Assembly (NCBI GenBank): GCA_965153455.1
Contig: OZ234494.1
Span: 9,734,001-9,798,000 of the forward strand
DNA from: Sphagnum compactum
Taxonomy: Eukaryota
Reading direction: 5' to 3'
DNA: 64,000 nucleotides
This document shows positions 1 through 10,543 of the stretch, in pieces. The notes below the pieces were generated by a model. That model searched no databases. It was given only the letters and a program-made list of their open reading frames with translations, and had not been told where the DNA came from. The translations under genes and the position numbers were made by a program. Positions within the stretch are counted from its first letter, which is position 1. Each line of letters starts with the position of its first letter.

Positions 1-12
1 ACGATCCCTCCA

Positions 13-1140
13 ATGTACACGCAACCAGCCTCGGTGACAGCGACGTCCACAAAAACTGGGAGACTCCTAGGCGGTGTCAGCATCGTTCTGCGGGTGGCTA
101 CCATACTCTTCTCTCTCATCGCCGTTGCGCTCATGGTGTCGTGGAGTCAACCGATCGAGGCACCAGACGGAACAGATTTTCTTTTCACGGACTCCATGAC
201 TCTTACGTTCTCCGCTTTCGCAGCCTTCGAGTGAGTAGTAGTACTACTTTTTTTAATACTTGACTCTTTTGTGAGATAGCTGTTCGTCTGCATGTCTTGC
301 TATTGCTTACCATCCTGCGATGTGATTCAGCTATCTAAATTTTTTTTCTCGTTTTATCAAGTCATGGTGAATCAAGCTCGATGAGTCTCGAAGTGAGCTT
401 TTTTGGTAGTTTGTGATCACACTGTTCCTGAACTGGGGATTGATGCGATGAAAATGGCGGTTGAATATTGAAACCCATATATAAGATCTCGAGACTTAAC
501 TGTAGTACTCCAAAAAAATGTTTTTTTTAATTTTTTTTTGCTAACTCTGGCTTGGCGTATCATGATGTTGATGACGAGGAATATTACAGCGCCGTGGTGG
601 CCGTGAATGTAATCGTGACCTTCTACGCGATTGTTCAACTTATCCATACAAGCTTCATCCTGGGTCTCGGAAAAGTTTATCCACAACCGGTTGTAGCACT
701 CGCAATCATCAGCTTCGTTTTCGATCTGGTGAGAGTCCGTACTATATCCTTATAATTTCCCACTAGATCTTCAAACCAAATTTTTTTCAGAAAATACCAG
801 ATCGTCACTGCACTATGCTGCACATCCAGACGTTGCAATGCTGAAATTAGATAGGAATCAGTCGAGATCAGGAGTCAGGAAGTTGAACACTGAATGTATG
901 AATACAGATCTGTATACTACTGCAAAGCTTACTCCAGAAAATGTGGGTCGTGTATAGGTGCTGGCGTTCACGTTAATTGCAGCAAGTGCAGCTGGAACAG
1001 CAATTATAGCTCCTCAACAATATACCAATGTCCCCAAAGCTCAAGCAGCTCTAGCCTTGTCCTTTGTTGCGTTCCTGTTCCTAGCCATGTCCTCTGTCTT
1101 GTCTGCGAGGCGTCTCTTTCAAATGAAGCAATATTATTAG
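13..1140 (+). CDS. CASP-like (CASPL/MARVEL, DUF588) four-TM membrane protein; exons 13-230, 590-728, 958-1140
   Basis: Three ORF pieces join in frame through GT-AG introns (TTCGA|gtgagt...tacag|C, GATCTG|gtgaga...tatag|GTG). Motifs 'LRVATILFSLIAVALM', 'FSAFAAFDAVVAVNVI', 'FVFDLVLAFTLIAASAAG' and 'AALALSFVAFLFLAMSSVLS' are typical of CASP-like proteins. Confidence 0.85.
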
Positions 1141-1365
1141 CCTTCGAGATATCACTATCTTCAACTCAGCATAGTGGGACATCTGTACATCTCATGGGTA
1201 TATAGTATAGAACACGATGCATAAAGTTCTAGAGCAGTATCAGCTCGCGGTTGAGTCGAACCGGATTTCTCCTATGTTTCACTTTCAAGGCATAATATTA
1301 TGGAAGAAAATATTGCATCACAAACGGATAACACACCTTGGAGGTCACAGAAAGAGTCAGGTCTT

Positions 1366-1714
1366 AGAGCAGCTGCACTGGTGTTCAGTATGTAACCCTG
1401 CAAAAATATTTCTCGCATCCAAGTTTAGTCTTTTACTAATTTCCAACCTCACTCATAAAACTAAAATTACTCGGACTGCAATGAGGTGGGAGACTAAGGG
1501 GAGACTAGTAATAGCAACCCACCTGGACCAATCAAACTATCTAGCCAATCAACAGCAGCAGGTTTTAGGTTTTCCTGTGCCTTTTACCAGCCTCAGAATC
1601 CTGGAGAAAAATGTCGGGTCGAAACTATTTTGCTCAGGAGCTAAACCGGCACGATTTGACTTTTCGTCAATTTTCTTTTTTATGCGACATACTGAACACC
1701 GGTGGAGCTCCTCT
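1366..1714. ncRNA. Candidate pre-miRNA-like hairpin (arms 1366-1393 and 1687-1714)
   Basis: AGAGCAGCTGCACTGGTGTTCAGTATGT is the reverse complement of ACATACTGAACACCGGTGGAGCTCCTCT at 25/28 positions, with symmetric mismatches and no bulges. A CT-rich leader-like tract lies on the - strand at ~1880-2010. Confidence 0.45.
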
Positions 1715-3429
1715 CTTACATACTTCACACCAGCAATCATGCTGGATACTTAGATGTTCATCTTAGTCACAACAAATTGCTCCTTATAGCTATGTATGCG
1801 GAGACCTGTCAGTGGTTTCTGGCTAAAATATCCAACCTCCAGTTAGGCAAGCAGAAGCTGGAAAAGCACGAAGTCTGGTGAGAGAGTTGAGAGAGGCGAC
1901 AGTCCCGAGAGACAAAAAGGAAGAGAGAGCGGATCCGTCCTTGGAAGTTGGAGGAGAACCGAGGCTGCCCTCGGAGAAAATAAATACGGAAAAGAGGGGG
2001 GAAAAAAAGCTTGTTTTGATTGTTCGAGAGTTCTCTGCAACTAGTGGGTGACTACGTACAATCCCAATAATTGTTTTTAATGAGGAAAATGTACAATCCA
2101 TTAAATGTGTGACAGACCTACTTGTTAAGTACTCATGACTCATGAGCAGTGCTTTTTCTTTTCCCAAATTTGTGACAATGCATTGTGCTGGTATATATGG
2201 TGCAACCTAGGGATATGATATTGGTATCAATATGAGTATTGAAGAACCTACCAATCAGGTAGCAGTGTTGTACTAATACATATGGTGCATTATGGGTATA
2301 TGGTATTCATATCAATACAAATATTGAAGGACCTATTAGTCAAGTACCTAGGACCTGAGGTGGTACCACCGTATACCAATATCAGTCTGCTATGGGACCT
2401 GAGGTAATGTCAGGTATATACCTGACTTGTATCAGTATCAGGTTTATACCTACCATATACCAAGAAAAAATCAGCCTTGAATCCAATAGCAGTACACGAC
2501 AAATATGAAAGTCTTTAAAAAATACCCAAGAGCAGTACCTGTTGTGCAGAACTTGTTAAAGCTACTAAGTGATTACACCTAAGTTTGATACATTAACAGT
2601 CAAGATGACTTAAATCATTTAAGTAGGTACCAAAATTATCTTTTATATGATATAAACACCACATGTATGTATTTGGTGTGCTATTTCCTGAAGTTTGCAC
2701 TTTGCATTGGGTCTAGGGTTTCGAAAAACAACAATTAAGGTTTTGGAAAAGCAGAAGCTTATAACCAAAGTCAAATGCAAAAATACAAGCAACAGAAAGT
2801 TAATGATGTTCAAACTATTGTATTGGAAGATGTTTCCATGACATTTATTGGTTTGGATGTTGTAAAAAAAATTTATGCATTTCACTGTAAGATAGAATAA
2901 AAAGTCAATGCAAATTTAGCCAAAAAGATTGTCTTCTTTACGATTAGTCAACTAAAAGGTTTTGGACCAAATACTCAACATTTAACAATTGAAAAAACAT
3001 TGTCACATTCCACGGTGAAGGATTCTTTGGTCATCTTATTTGACCAATCTTACTATTAGGTGTAGTCACACAAATAGGAGCCACAACAAGTGCAATTCTT
3101 GCTTAGTTTTTCACATTTAGAAGTGGCAATTTAATTTGATGTTAAAAATATAAGATTTTTTAATATTATAAGGTTCCTAATATATCTTCGAAACGTGTGA
3201 ATTAATTTGAAAAAATTCAATGAAATTTTTTTTGCAAAAACATTCATTAAGCATTGTAATGGTTGTTTTTAAACACAAAAATGACTTGTAAATGGGTTTC
3301 AAAACTTTTGAAAACAAATTTTTTTTGAAATTTTTTACATAAACCTTGACATAATAGTATTAAAAAAAATCAATGTTTAAAAAAAAATTTAAGGACTTTT
3401 GTGAAATATCCCTCAAAAGCAATCCCTTA

Positions 3430-3890
3430 AGCATGTGAGTGTGGCTCATGTTATCTTATTGGCACCTTGTAATTAATTAACAAAACCATAAAATTGTTCA
3501 AAATTTAAAGGATGGAATAAATACACATCTGGTGGGGCCACGCTAATTTAAAGTGGTGATGGTAAAAGATATTATGTGCACCTTTGCATCTTCACAAGTT
3601 GTTAATAGTGGGAAGGGCATTGCTAAAGTGCTTGGTGGAGATAGAAGAAACATTAAGAGAACTGTTATGCAAAAGATTATATTAGAGACAAATTAGGATG
3701 CATTGTAGTTGAATTACAAGATAATTAAAAGGTTTAATTGTTTACTTGAGAGTTTGAAGAAAATTGTGTTACAATTGTGGATTGACCATTCTACCGTCTC
3801 TCCCAATAAAAAGAACATGGTGAGGAAATGCATAAGAGTCAAGTTTTATGAAAGTTACACAACACATTACCTATAGGTGTCACTAGTGGC
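3430..3890 (+). pseudogene. Decayed transposon-derived coding relic (HTH-like segment)
   Basis: Stop-interrupted translation 'SGKGIAKVLGGDRRNIKR...VLQLWIDHSTVSPNKKNMVRK' looks transposase-like. Family not identified. Confidence 0.3.
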
Positions 3891-5570
3891 AACTTGAAAT
3901 CAAAATTCTAGTTTTGTTATTGTTTTTCAAGAGAATTTCATTTGTTTGTTCATGCACAATTGTAATGAAATTTGACATGTAAAATTTAAATGTTGTTGTC
4001 ACCTGAATGATTTTGTTACATCTTTATCAACTCTTTGATTTTTTTGTAAAAGGACGAAACATTTATTGAATTTGATTATTTTGCTTCAATACTAAGACCT
4101 CTTGTTCTTGTTGTTGCATAAAAACAACTTTGAAATGTTGTTTTTCTCTTTTGCTCATGGTCATCTTCTCTTTTTACATTGCTCACCATATGGATAACAA
4201 TTATTTAAATGAAATAATGTTTTACTTTAATCTATGAACATAATCATTTTTTGTCACATAATGTTGGAGATTTTCTTTTTGTCAATTCTATGATGTTTTG
4301 CATGAAGGCCTTGAAACTATTTATTGAAATTACAATTGAAATTGTGATTGCTTCCAATCATGGCTTCAAGTGTTATTATTGAATGTTTAAATAAAAACAA
4401 CCTTGAAGTGTCAGTTTGTTTTTCTATTCATGATCATTTAATTCTTCTCTTATCATTTGAAATGTTATAATCATTTGTGGGGTCTGATAATTCCTAATGT
4501 TCTAATATTGTTTCAATTATAATTTTCTATTCTTATACATATTCAGTTTCAGTTATACAAAATTTGTATTAAAAATCCATGCATAATCCAAAATGTTTCA
4601 ACAACAACATTCTTCACAACCCAAATATCTACACAATTTACATTTCATATTGATATGAAGGAAAGAAATAATTAGATCATGGAAAAAAATACAAAAAACA
4701 AAAGATCAAATATCATAGTTCAGCAACTACATGTACATCTTCAAAATTGTTTTATCTCCATAACTATTGTTGTACTCTTAATTATCTTCTCTATACTCCC
4801 AATATTGGACATTAAAAAAAAACTAAATAGGAAAAAAACTTCTTAAAAAAGATATATAAAGCCTCCTTAATCTTCAATTTTCCCACCTAAAACATCATTT
4901 GAACTCTTCAGCAGTCTTAATTTCACGTACCTTGTACTTACTGAACCTGTTTTGTCCAACCTGTTTCAGAATAGACATCATAGTGCTTATTCCCTATGCT
5001 TATCTGGTCTAATTACTATAGTACAATCTTGCCCTTAACATTACCCCCCTTGTACTTTGGATTCCATCCTCGAAATCTTGTTAAAGATATCTGGATTAAA
5101 AGAACCCAAAATCTCTAAGTTTGTTACTCTATAGTTGTCTACTCTATAGTTGTACCTTGTGGTTCTACAAATTATTGGTCCTCCATTACATGAATTTCCT
5201 CGGTCTATCCTGAACTAAATTCCACTAGGTGTCAACATTAAATGCCTACAATTGCAAGGACTTTCGTTTAGTCCTTACAATTGTGTTTTCACTACTAAAA
5301 TTCCTAATTTTTTTTATTAAAAATTTTGGTCAAAACATACCCATTTTGAATAGGTGTCAAAAAAACCTCTTACTCATTCTAGACAAGTTGTTTTGAACTT
5401 GTCCATTGTGACTAGGCCGTGTACTTTTTGATTAGGCTTAGGTTGGCATTTTTTATTAACCATTTTGACTAGTCATTTTGACTAATATTTTGACTAATCA
5501 TTTTTACTGGTTAATATGATAATCAAATGATTTTTTGACTAGTCAAACACCATTTTGAGTAATTAAATAC

Positions 5571-5745
5571 CATGTGGCATTTAAACAATGGCTACCCAAG
5601 TTAAGCCACATGGCATTAAAACATTGGCCACCTAGGCTATGCCATGTGACATTTAAACATTGGTCATCTAAGTTATGCCACGTGGCATTTACACATTGGC
5701 CACTAGGTTATGCCACGTGGCATTTAAACATTGGCCACTATGTTA
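5571..5745. repeat. ~36-bp tandem repeat, ~5 copies, containing TGCCACGTGGCA (G-box palindrome) variants
   Basis: Unit approximates GCCACGTGGCATTTAAACATTGGCCACCTAGGTTAT. The array resumes (TTATGTCACGTGG) after the insert ending at 5899. Confidence 0.85.
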
Positions 5746-5899
5746 CACTACAACAAAAGGTGTCCCTGTACATTAAGTGATTTCACTGGATTTTGAGTGA
5801 ATTCACTAGTTGTAATGAATGGGGACCAGTGAAGAAGCAATGAATTCACTGGTCTAGTGAACAAGGACTAGTGAACTGCACCCACATTTTGTAGTAGTG
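5746..5899. mobile_element. 154-bp miniature CACTA element
   Basis: TIRs CACTACAACAAAAGGTG / CACATTTTGTAGTAGTG, a perfect 3-bp TSD TTA (5743-5745 and 5900-5902), and internal GTGAATTCACT(A/G)G-type repeats. Confidence 0.85.
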
Positions 5900-6829
5900 T
5901 TATGTCACGTGGATAGAACCTAAGCAACCTAGGTTAAGCCTAAAATTAAATACTTATTCCTAAGGTACTTATGTCTACGAACCTACAACCTAAGCTCCTA
6001 GCTTAGGTTTAGGAACCTATAATTAGCAACTAGGTATAGAAGCTTAAAGTAGGCTAGGGTTGACTAGGCTTAAATGTACACCACCTAGATTATGCCTACA
6101 CCTATATGACCTAGGTAGGAAAATCTTATTTCATTTTGAATTTGGCCTTTCAAGTTAAGCATTTTCAATTAGCTCATCCCAAGTGGCCTTCCTTTTTAAA
6201 ATATTTCTTATGTTTTAGATGATTATGGTCCATCTATTTATATTGTTCATCACTTGGAAAAGGATGACAAACAATATGGGACAAACTTTTGGGAAGGAGA
6301 AACATTTTCATGTCCACATAACACTATATCTTTTTAGTTCAAACAACATTATTCTTAAATAATTACGTAGGATACATAAATTAAGTAAATAAATAAATAA
6401 AAAGGTAAATACATATGTATGTTAATTAAATTAAATTAAAAATTAGTATAGTTAATGTCTGATTTTTTAGCTATAATTAATAATTACAACCAAATTATAA
6501 CTAATCTTTACAAATTTGACCTAATCCATTATATATTATCAACAATGTATTTGTATTGATTAATATTTAACTACTTAATTACACATTCATTAGTGCATTT
6601 TAGGTAAATAACTAGTTAACCAACTAGTAATTTATCATAGGTGAATAAATGGCCTACCCTAGCGCACATAACTAGGTTACTTATAGGCTAAAATGTAAGT
6701 AAATAGGTGGAGTATAGGTATGGTATGTATAAATAAATACACCTACATATAAGCTACTTGTATTTAAGCTATTCAACCACATACTTACATTACATAAGTT
6801 AAATAGGTGGCTAATTTAACCTAGGAAAA

Positions 6830-8330
6830 TTTAATTATGGCAACACTAATGATAAGTAAAATAATAATCCCTAAATTAACCACAACTAAAATAATTATGG
6901 CAAAACGAACCATGGCTACATTAAAAATGGTTAAATTAACCAAGAATAAAATAAATATGGTGAAACTAACCATGAATAAAATAAATATGGCCAAGCTAAC
7001 CAATGAATAAATATTTTATGACTAAACCAACCATGCCCAAACCAAAAATGGTTAAAACTAATCATGAATAAAATAAATATGGTTAAACAAACCATGAATA
7101 AAGTAAATATGGTCAAACTAACTGATGAATAAATATTTTGTGGCTAAACCGACCATGACTAAATTAGAAATGATTAAATTAACTAATGAATAAATATTTT
7201 ATGGTTAAACCAACGTAGCTAAACAAACCATGAATAAAGGTAATATGGTTAAATTAACCAATGAATAAATATTTTATGGCTAAACCAACTATGCATAAAT
7301 TAGTTATGGTTAGATTAAACATGAATGAAATAATTATGGCTAAAATCAAAATGGTTAAACTAACCATTAATAAAGTTAATATAATTAAATTAACTAATGA
7401 ATAAATATTTATGACAAAACCAATTATGAAAAAATTAATTATGGTTAAAATAAATCTAAATGAAATAATTATGGCTAAATTCAAAATGGTTAAAATAATT
7501 ATGGAAAAATTAACTATGGTTAAACTAGAGATGGTTAAACTAACCATAAATAAATAAATTTGGCTAAACTAACCACTAATAAAAATTAATATGGCTAAAT
7601 TAATTAATGAATAAATTTTTTATGGAAAATTCAATTATGCAAAAACTAATTATGGCTAAAATAAACATGAATGAAATAATTATTGCTAAAATAAAAATTG
7701 TTAAAATAATTATGGCAAGACTTACCATGGTTAAACTATTACCCATGAGTAAAATTAATTTGGTTAAAATAAACATGAATGAAATAATTATAGCTAAAAT
7801 AAAAATGTTTGAAACAATTATGGCAAAACCAACCATGGCTAAATTAACAATAACTTTAAATTAATTATGGGTCTATTAGTTATGGTTAAATTTTATTATG
7901 GTAAAGTAACTTATATGTTAAAAATAAATATAGTTAATTTAATTATGCTTTTAGTAATCATGGTTAAATTCATTATGGGTATAGTCATAATAACACGTAC
8001 CATAACAAATGTAACACTTGCTTGGGTTTTTCATATTTTAAAGTCGTAATTTAATTTGATGTTGAAATTGTAAAATAAATTTATAGATTTGTATTTTTAA
8101 TATATCATGGGAACATATGAATTAATTTTAAGGCTAAACCAACTATTATTAAATTGACCATGGTTAAATTAGTTATGGTTAGTTTTAACTTTAGTTAATT
8201 TTTTCATAGGTTGTTGAGCCATAATTAATTTCAATATCGCCAATTTAACCATAGTTATATAAACCATATATATATAATTAATTTAACCATAATTAATTTA
8301 GTCATGATTCATTTAGTTATGATTAGCTAA
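6830..8330. repeat. Degenerate AT-rich 15-bp-period minisatellite (ATGGCTAAATTAACC / ATGAATAAAATAAAT)
   Basis: ATG/ATT recurs every 15 nt, giving low-complexity 5-residue-period pseudo-ORFs on both strands (e.g. 7607-7864, 7254-7547). Confidence 0.8.
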
Positions 8331-8388
8331 CTTTTACATTTTTCAAATTTTTTCTAATTGGTCAAACATAATCAAAATGTTACATGTA

Positions 8389-10543
8389 TAGTAAAACCTG
8401 TCTAAAGTGATACTGTCTAAAGTGATATCCTGTCTAAAGTGATAAACACGACTCAGTCCCAACTCGGGCCCCATACAAAATGTGATAAACCTCCGTAAAG
8501 TGATACTCGATAATTTTTATTGGTCCCACTCCTTATCTAAAGTGATATTCAGCACATTTCAAAAAATAAAAGACAAAAACAACTACAAAACAAGCTAGAT
8601 ACGCTTGAAGAACCTGTCAATGTTCTTTTGAACCATTCGGTTGGTACGGATCATACTCACCTTATCCTTCAATTTCTGGATGGAACTCACACAAGATTCG
8701 TCCGCATCCTGTTGTTGCATGAAAAAGATCACAAGCTTATCCAACATCTCGGAAGCATCAGCGGCACTCATGGCAGGCACTTCTTTGCTGTCATCCTCTT
8801 CCTCATGCAGCACTGGAGCATGTCCGGCTTCTTCAAGGTGGTCCTCAATGATGCTATCAAGATCCGGCGTGTATGACGTGATCTGCTCCTCCGGGTAGTT
8901 GAGCAGGTTCTTGATGTCCATTGGGTTCCTGTAGCGGAAGCGCTGGATTTTGTGACTGTAGATCCGCGATGACCTCGTGGTCCACCAGGTCGTCCTCCGT
9001 GACGTTTTCAACTACCTCAGCCTGTTCTGTCGACCGGATCTTGCAGTGTAGGAAGCAGTTGGCAATCGTCGTTGGCTTGACTTCATAATTCCACGCGGGG
9101 ACGGCAAACGGGATGGCCCCCAAAATGTCGACCTTCTTCGGCTCCGGCACCTTGTCCTCAATGCGCTGGAGAAGAGCACGGTTGAAGCGGCGACGGTAGT
9201 AGGCCTTGAAGTTGCGGATGATGCCGGCATCGCACGGTTGAATCTTCGAGGTCATGTTCGGAGGCAGGTAGAGAATGGTCGTGTTCCGAAGGCGGATGTG
9301 ATCCGGAATCTTCTCCATCGGAGTGTGCCCGCTGAAGTTATCCAGGATCAAGAGGACCTTCCGGCCGGAAACATGGAGATCAAATGCCCGGAGCCACTCC
9401 AGGAAGATGATTTGTGTCATCCACGCAGACGCATTGTTCCTGTATACGCACCCAAGTGACGTGACGTTGATGTTCTTGAAACACCTAGGGTTCTTAAACT
9501 TGCCAATCACCCACAGTGGGAGCTTGTCAGAGCTGTCGCCGTTGCAACACAACGCTAGGGTCAAGCGCTCCTTGCTCTGTTTCATGCCTTCGAGCTGCTT
9601 TGTTGCAAGGGAGTTGTCCGCCTGCAATGCGGGCGAAGATGCTTAGTTAGCCAGGGACAAACTCATTTGATATCTTTTTGAACTTACAGTATGTACCTGC
9701 ATGCGGTAGAACAACCCACTCTCATCCATGTTGTAGATGTCACGCCATTCGTACGCGTCAAGAACTTGACGAATTCCCGGAAGGGCAGCTGCAACAGTAG
9801 TCATGTCGACTGAACCGCTTTCCCCGAACCTGCGATGCTTCTTGATCCCGTGACGGACCTTGAAAGCTTCAAGCCAGCCATTTGAAAACTCAAACGGCGG
9901 GTGATCCGGGTCCAGGCGGTCAATGATCTTCATTGCGCTCTCACGTTTGAAGTCCCCGCTCAGGTTGACGTGTTCCTGGTTGGCAAGGAACCATTCGGCT
10001 AAGGCAGCCTCCATGACAGGGAATTTCACCGTCTTCTGACGCTTGGAGCTGAGGTTGGAGGTGGTGGCCTTGGCGAGCAGTTCCGCCGACCGTTTGAGTG
10101 TGCCCGACACCGTTGCTTGGCTGACCTTGAGCTGATGAGTGTCCTCCAGCCACTTGATCAGCTCTTTCTGTGTGGCACCAGGATGATCTTTCTTGTACCG
10201 TACGAGGGCGAGGCGGACCTCGTCCGTCATCGTGGTGTATTGCTGACCTTTCTTCGGCATGGAGAAGACTTTGCGCATGAGGATGTGACGGGGTGGTACT
10301 TGCAACGCGGTTCCTGAGGTGGACCCACACGTAAACAGGGGTTTTTTTTCTGTGGAACTTCCCCCGGCACGCGGGTACGAGCAGCCACGAACTAACGCCC
10401 TAACGGTACAAATGATAACGGTAAAAAAAAAGAAAACGTGTGTGTATGATACTGTATGTACTGTACTTGCCTAAAGTGATAACCTGTATAAAGTGATATC
10501 CTACCTCTGGTCCCAGCAATATCACTTTAGACAGGTTTTACTG
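8389..10543 (-). mobile_element. pogo-family (Tc1/mariner superfamily; Lemi1/Emigrant-like) DNA transposon, full length
   Basis: 24-bp TIRs (T/C)AGTAAAACCTGTCTAAAGTGATA, TA TSD (8387-8388, 10544-10545) and several subterminal TAAAGTGATA repeats. The TIR start CAGTAAAACCT matches Arabidopsis Lemi1/Emigrant as I recall it. Confidence 0.93.
8595..10260 (-). pseudogene. pogo transposase (CENP-B-type HTH + DDE_1, DD36D); intron 9622-9696; one frameshift at ~8950
   Basis: Starts MPKKGQQ. Motifs 'FSNGWLEAFKVRHG', 'YNMDESGLFY', 'LLILDNFSGH', 'IQPCDAGII'. The GT-AG intron joins FYRMQ|ADNSL. An extra A in CAAAATC shifts DLQSQ into IQRFRYRNPMDIK. Confidence 0.9.

Noticed and set aside
1587-1745. Box C/D snoRNA or scaRNA on the - strand (CCAGC-ATGATTG...CTGA-GGCTGG)
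   Set aside because: Box C is non-consensus and no convincing guide lies next to box D. The hairpin explains the region better.
1217-1753. 178-aa ORF on the + strand
   Set aside because: No recognisable motif. It overlaps the hairpin and the CASPL 3' region and is probably incidental.
5571-5745. CRISPR-like array (36-bp repeats)
   Set aside because: The units are head-to-tail with no unique spacers, there are no cas genes, and the context is a eukaryotic TE.
6821-8049. Hydrophobic 'membrane protein' ORFs
   Set aside because: They are translation artefacts of the 15-bp AT-rich minisatellite.
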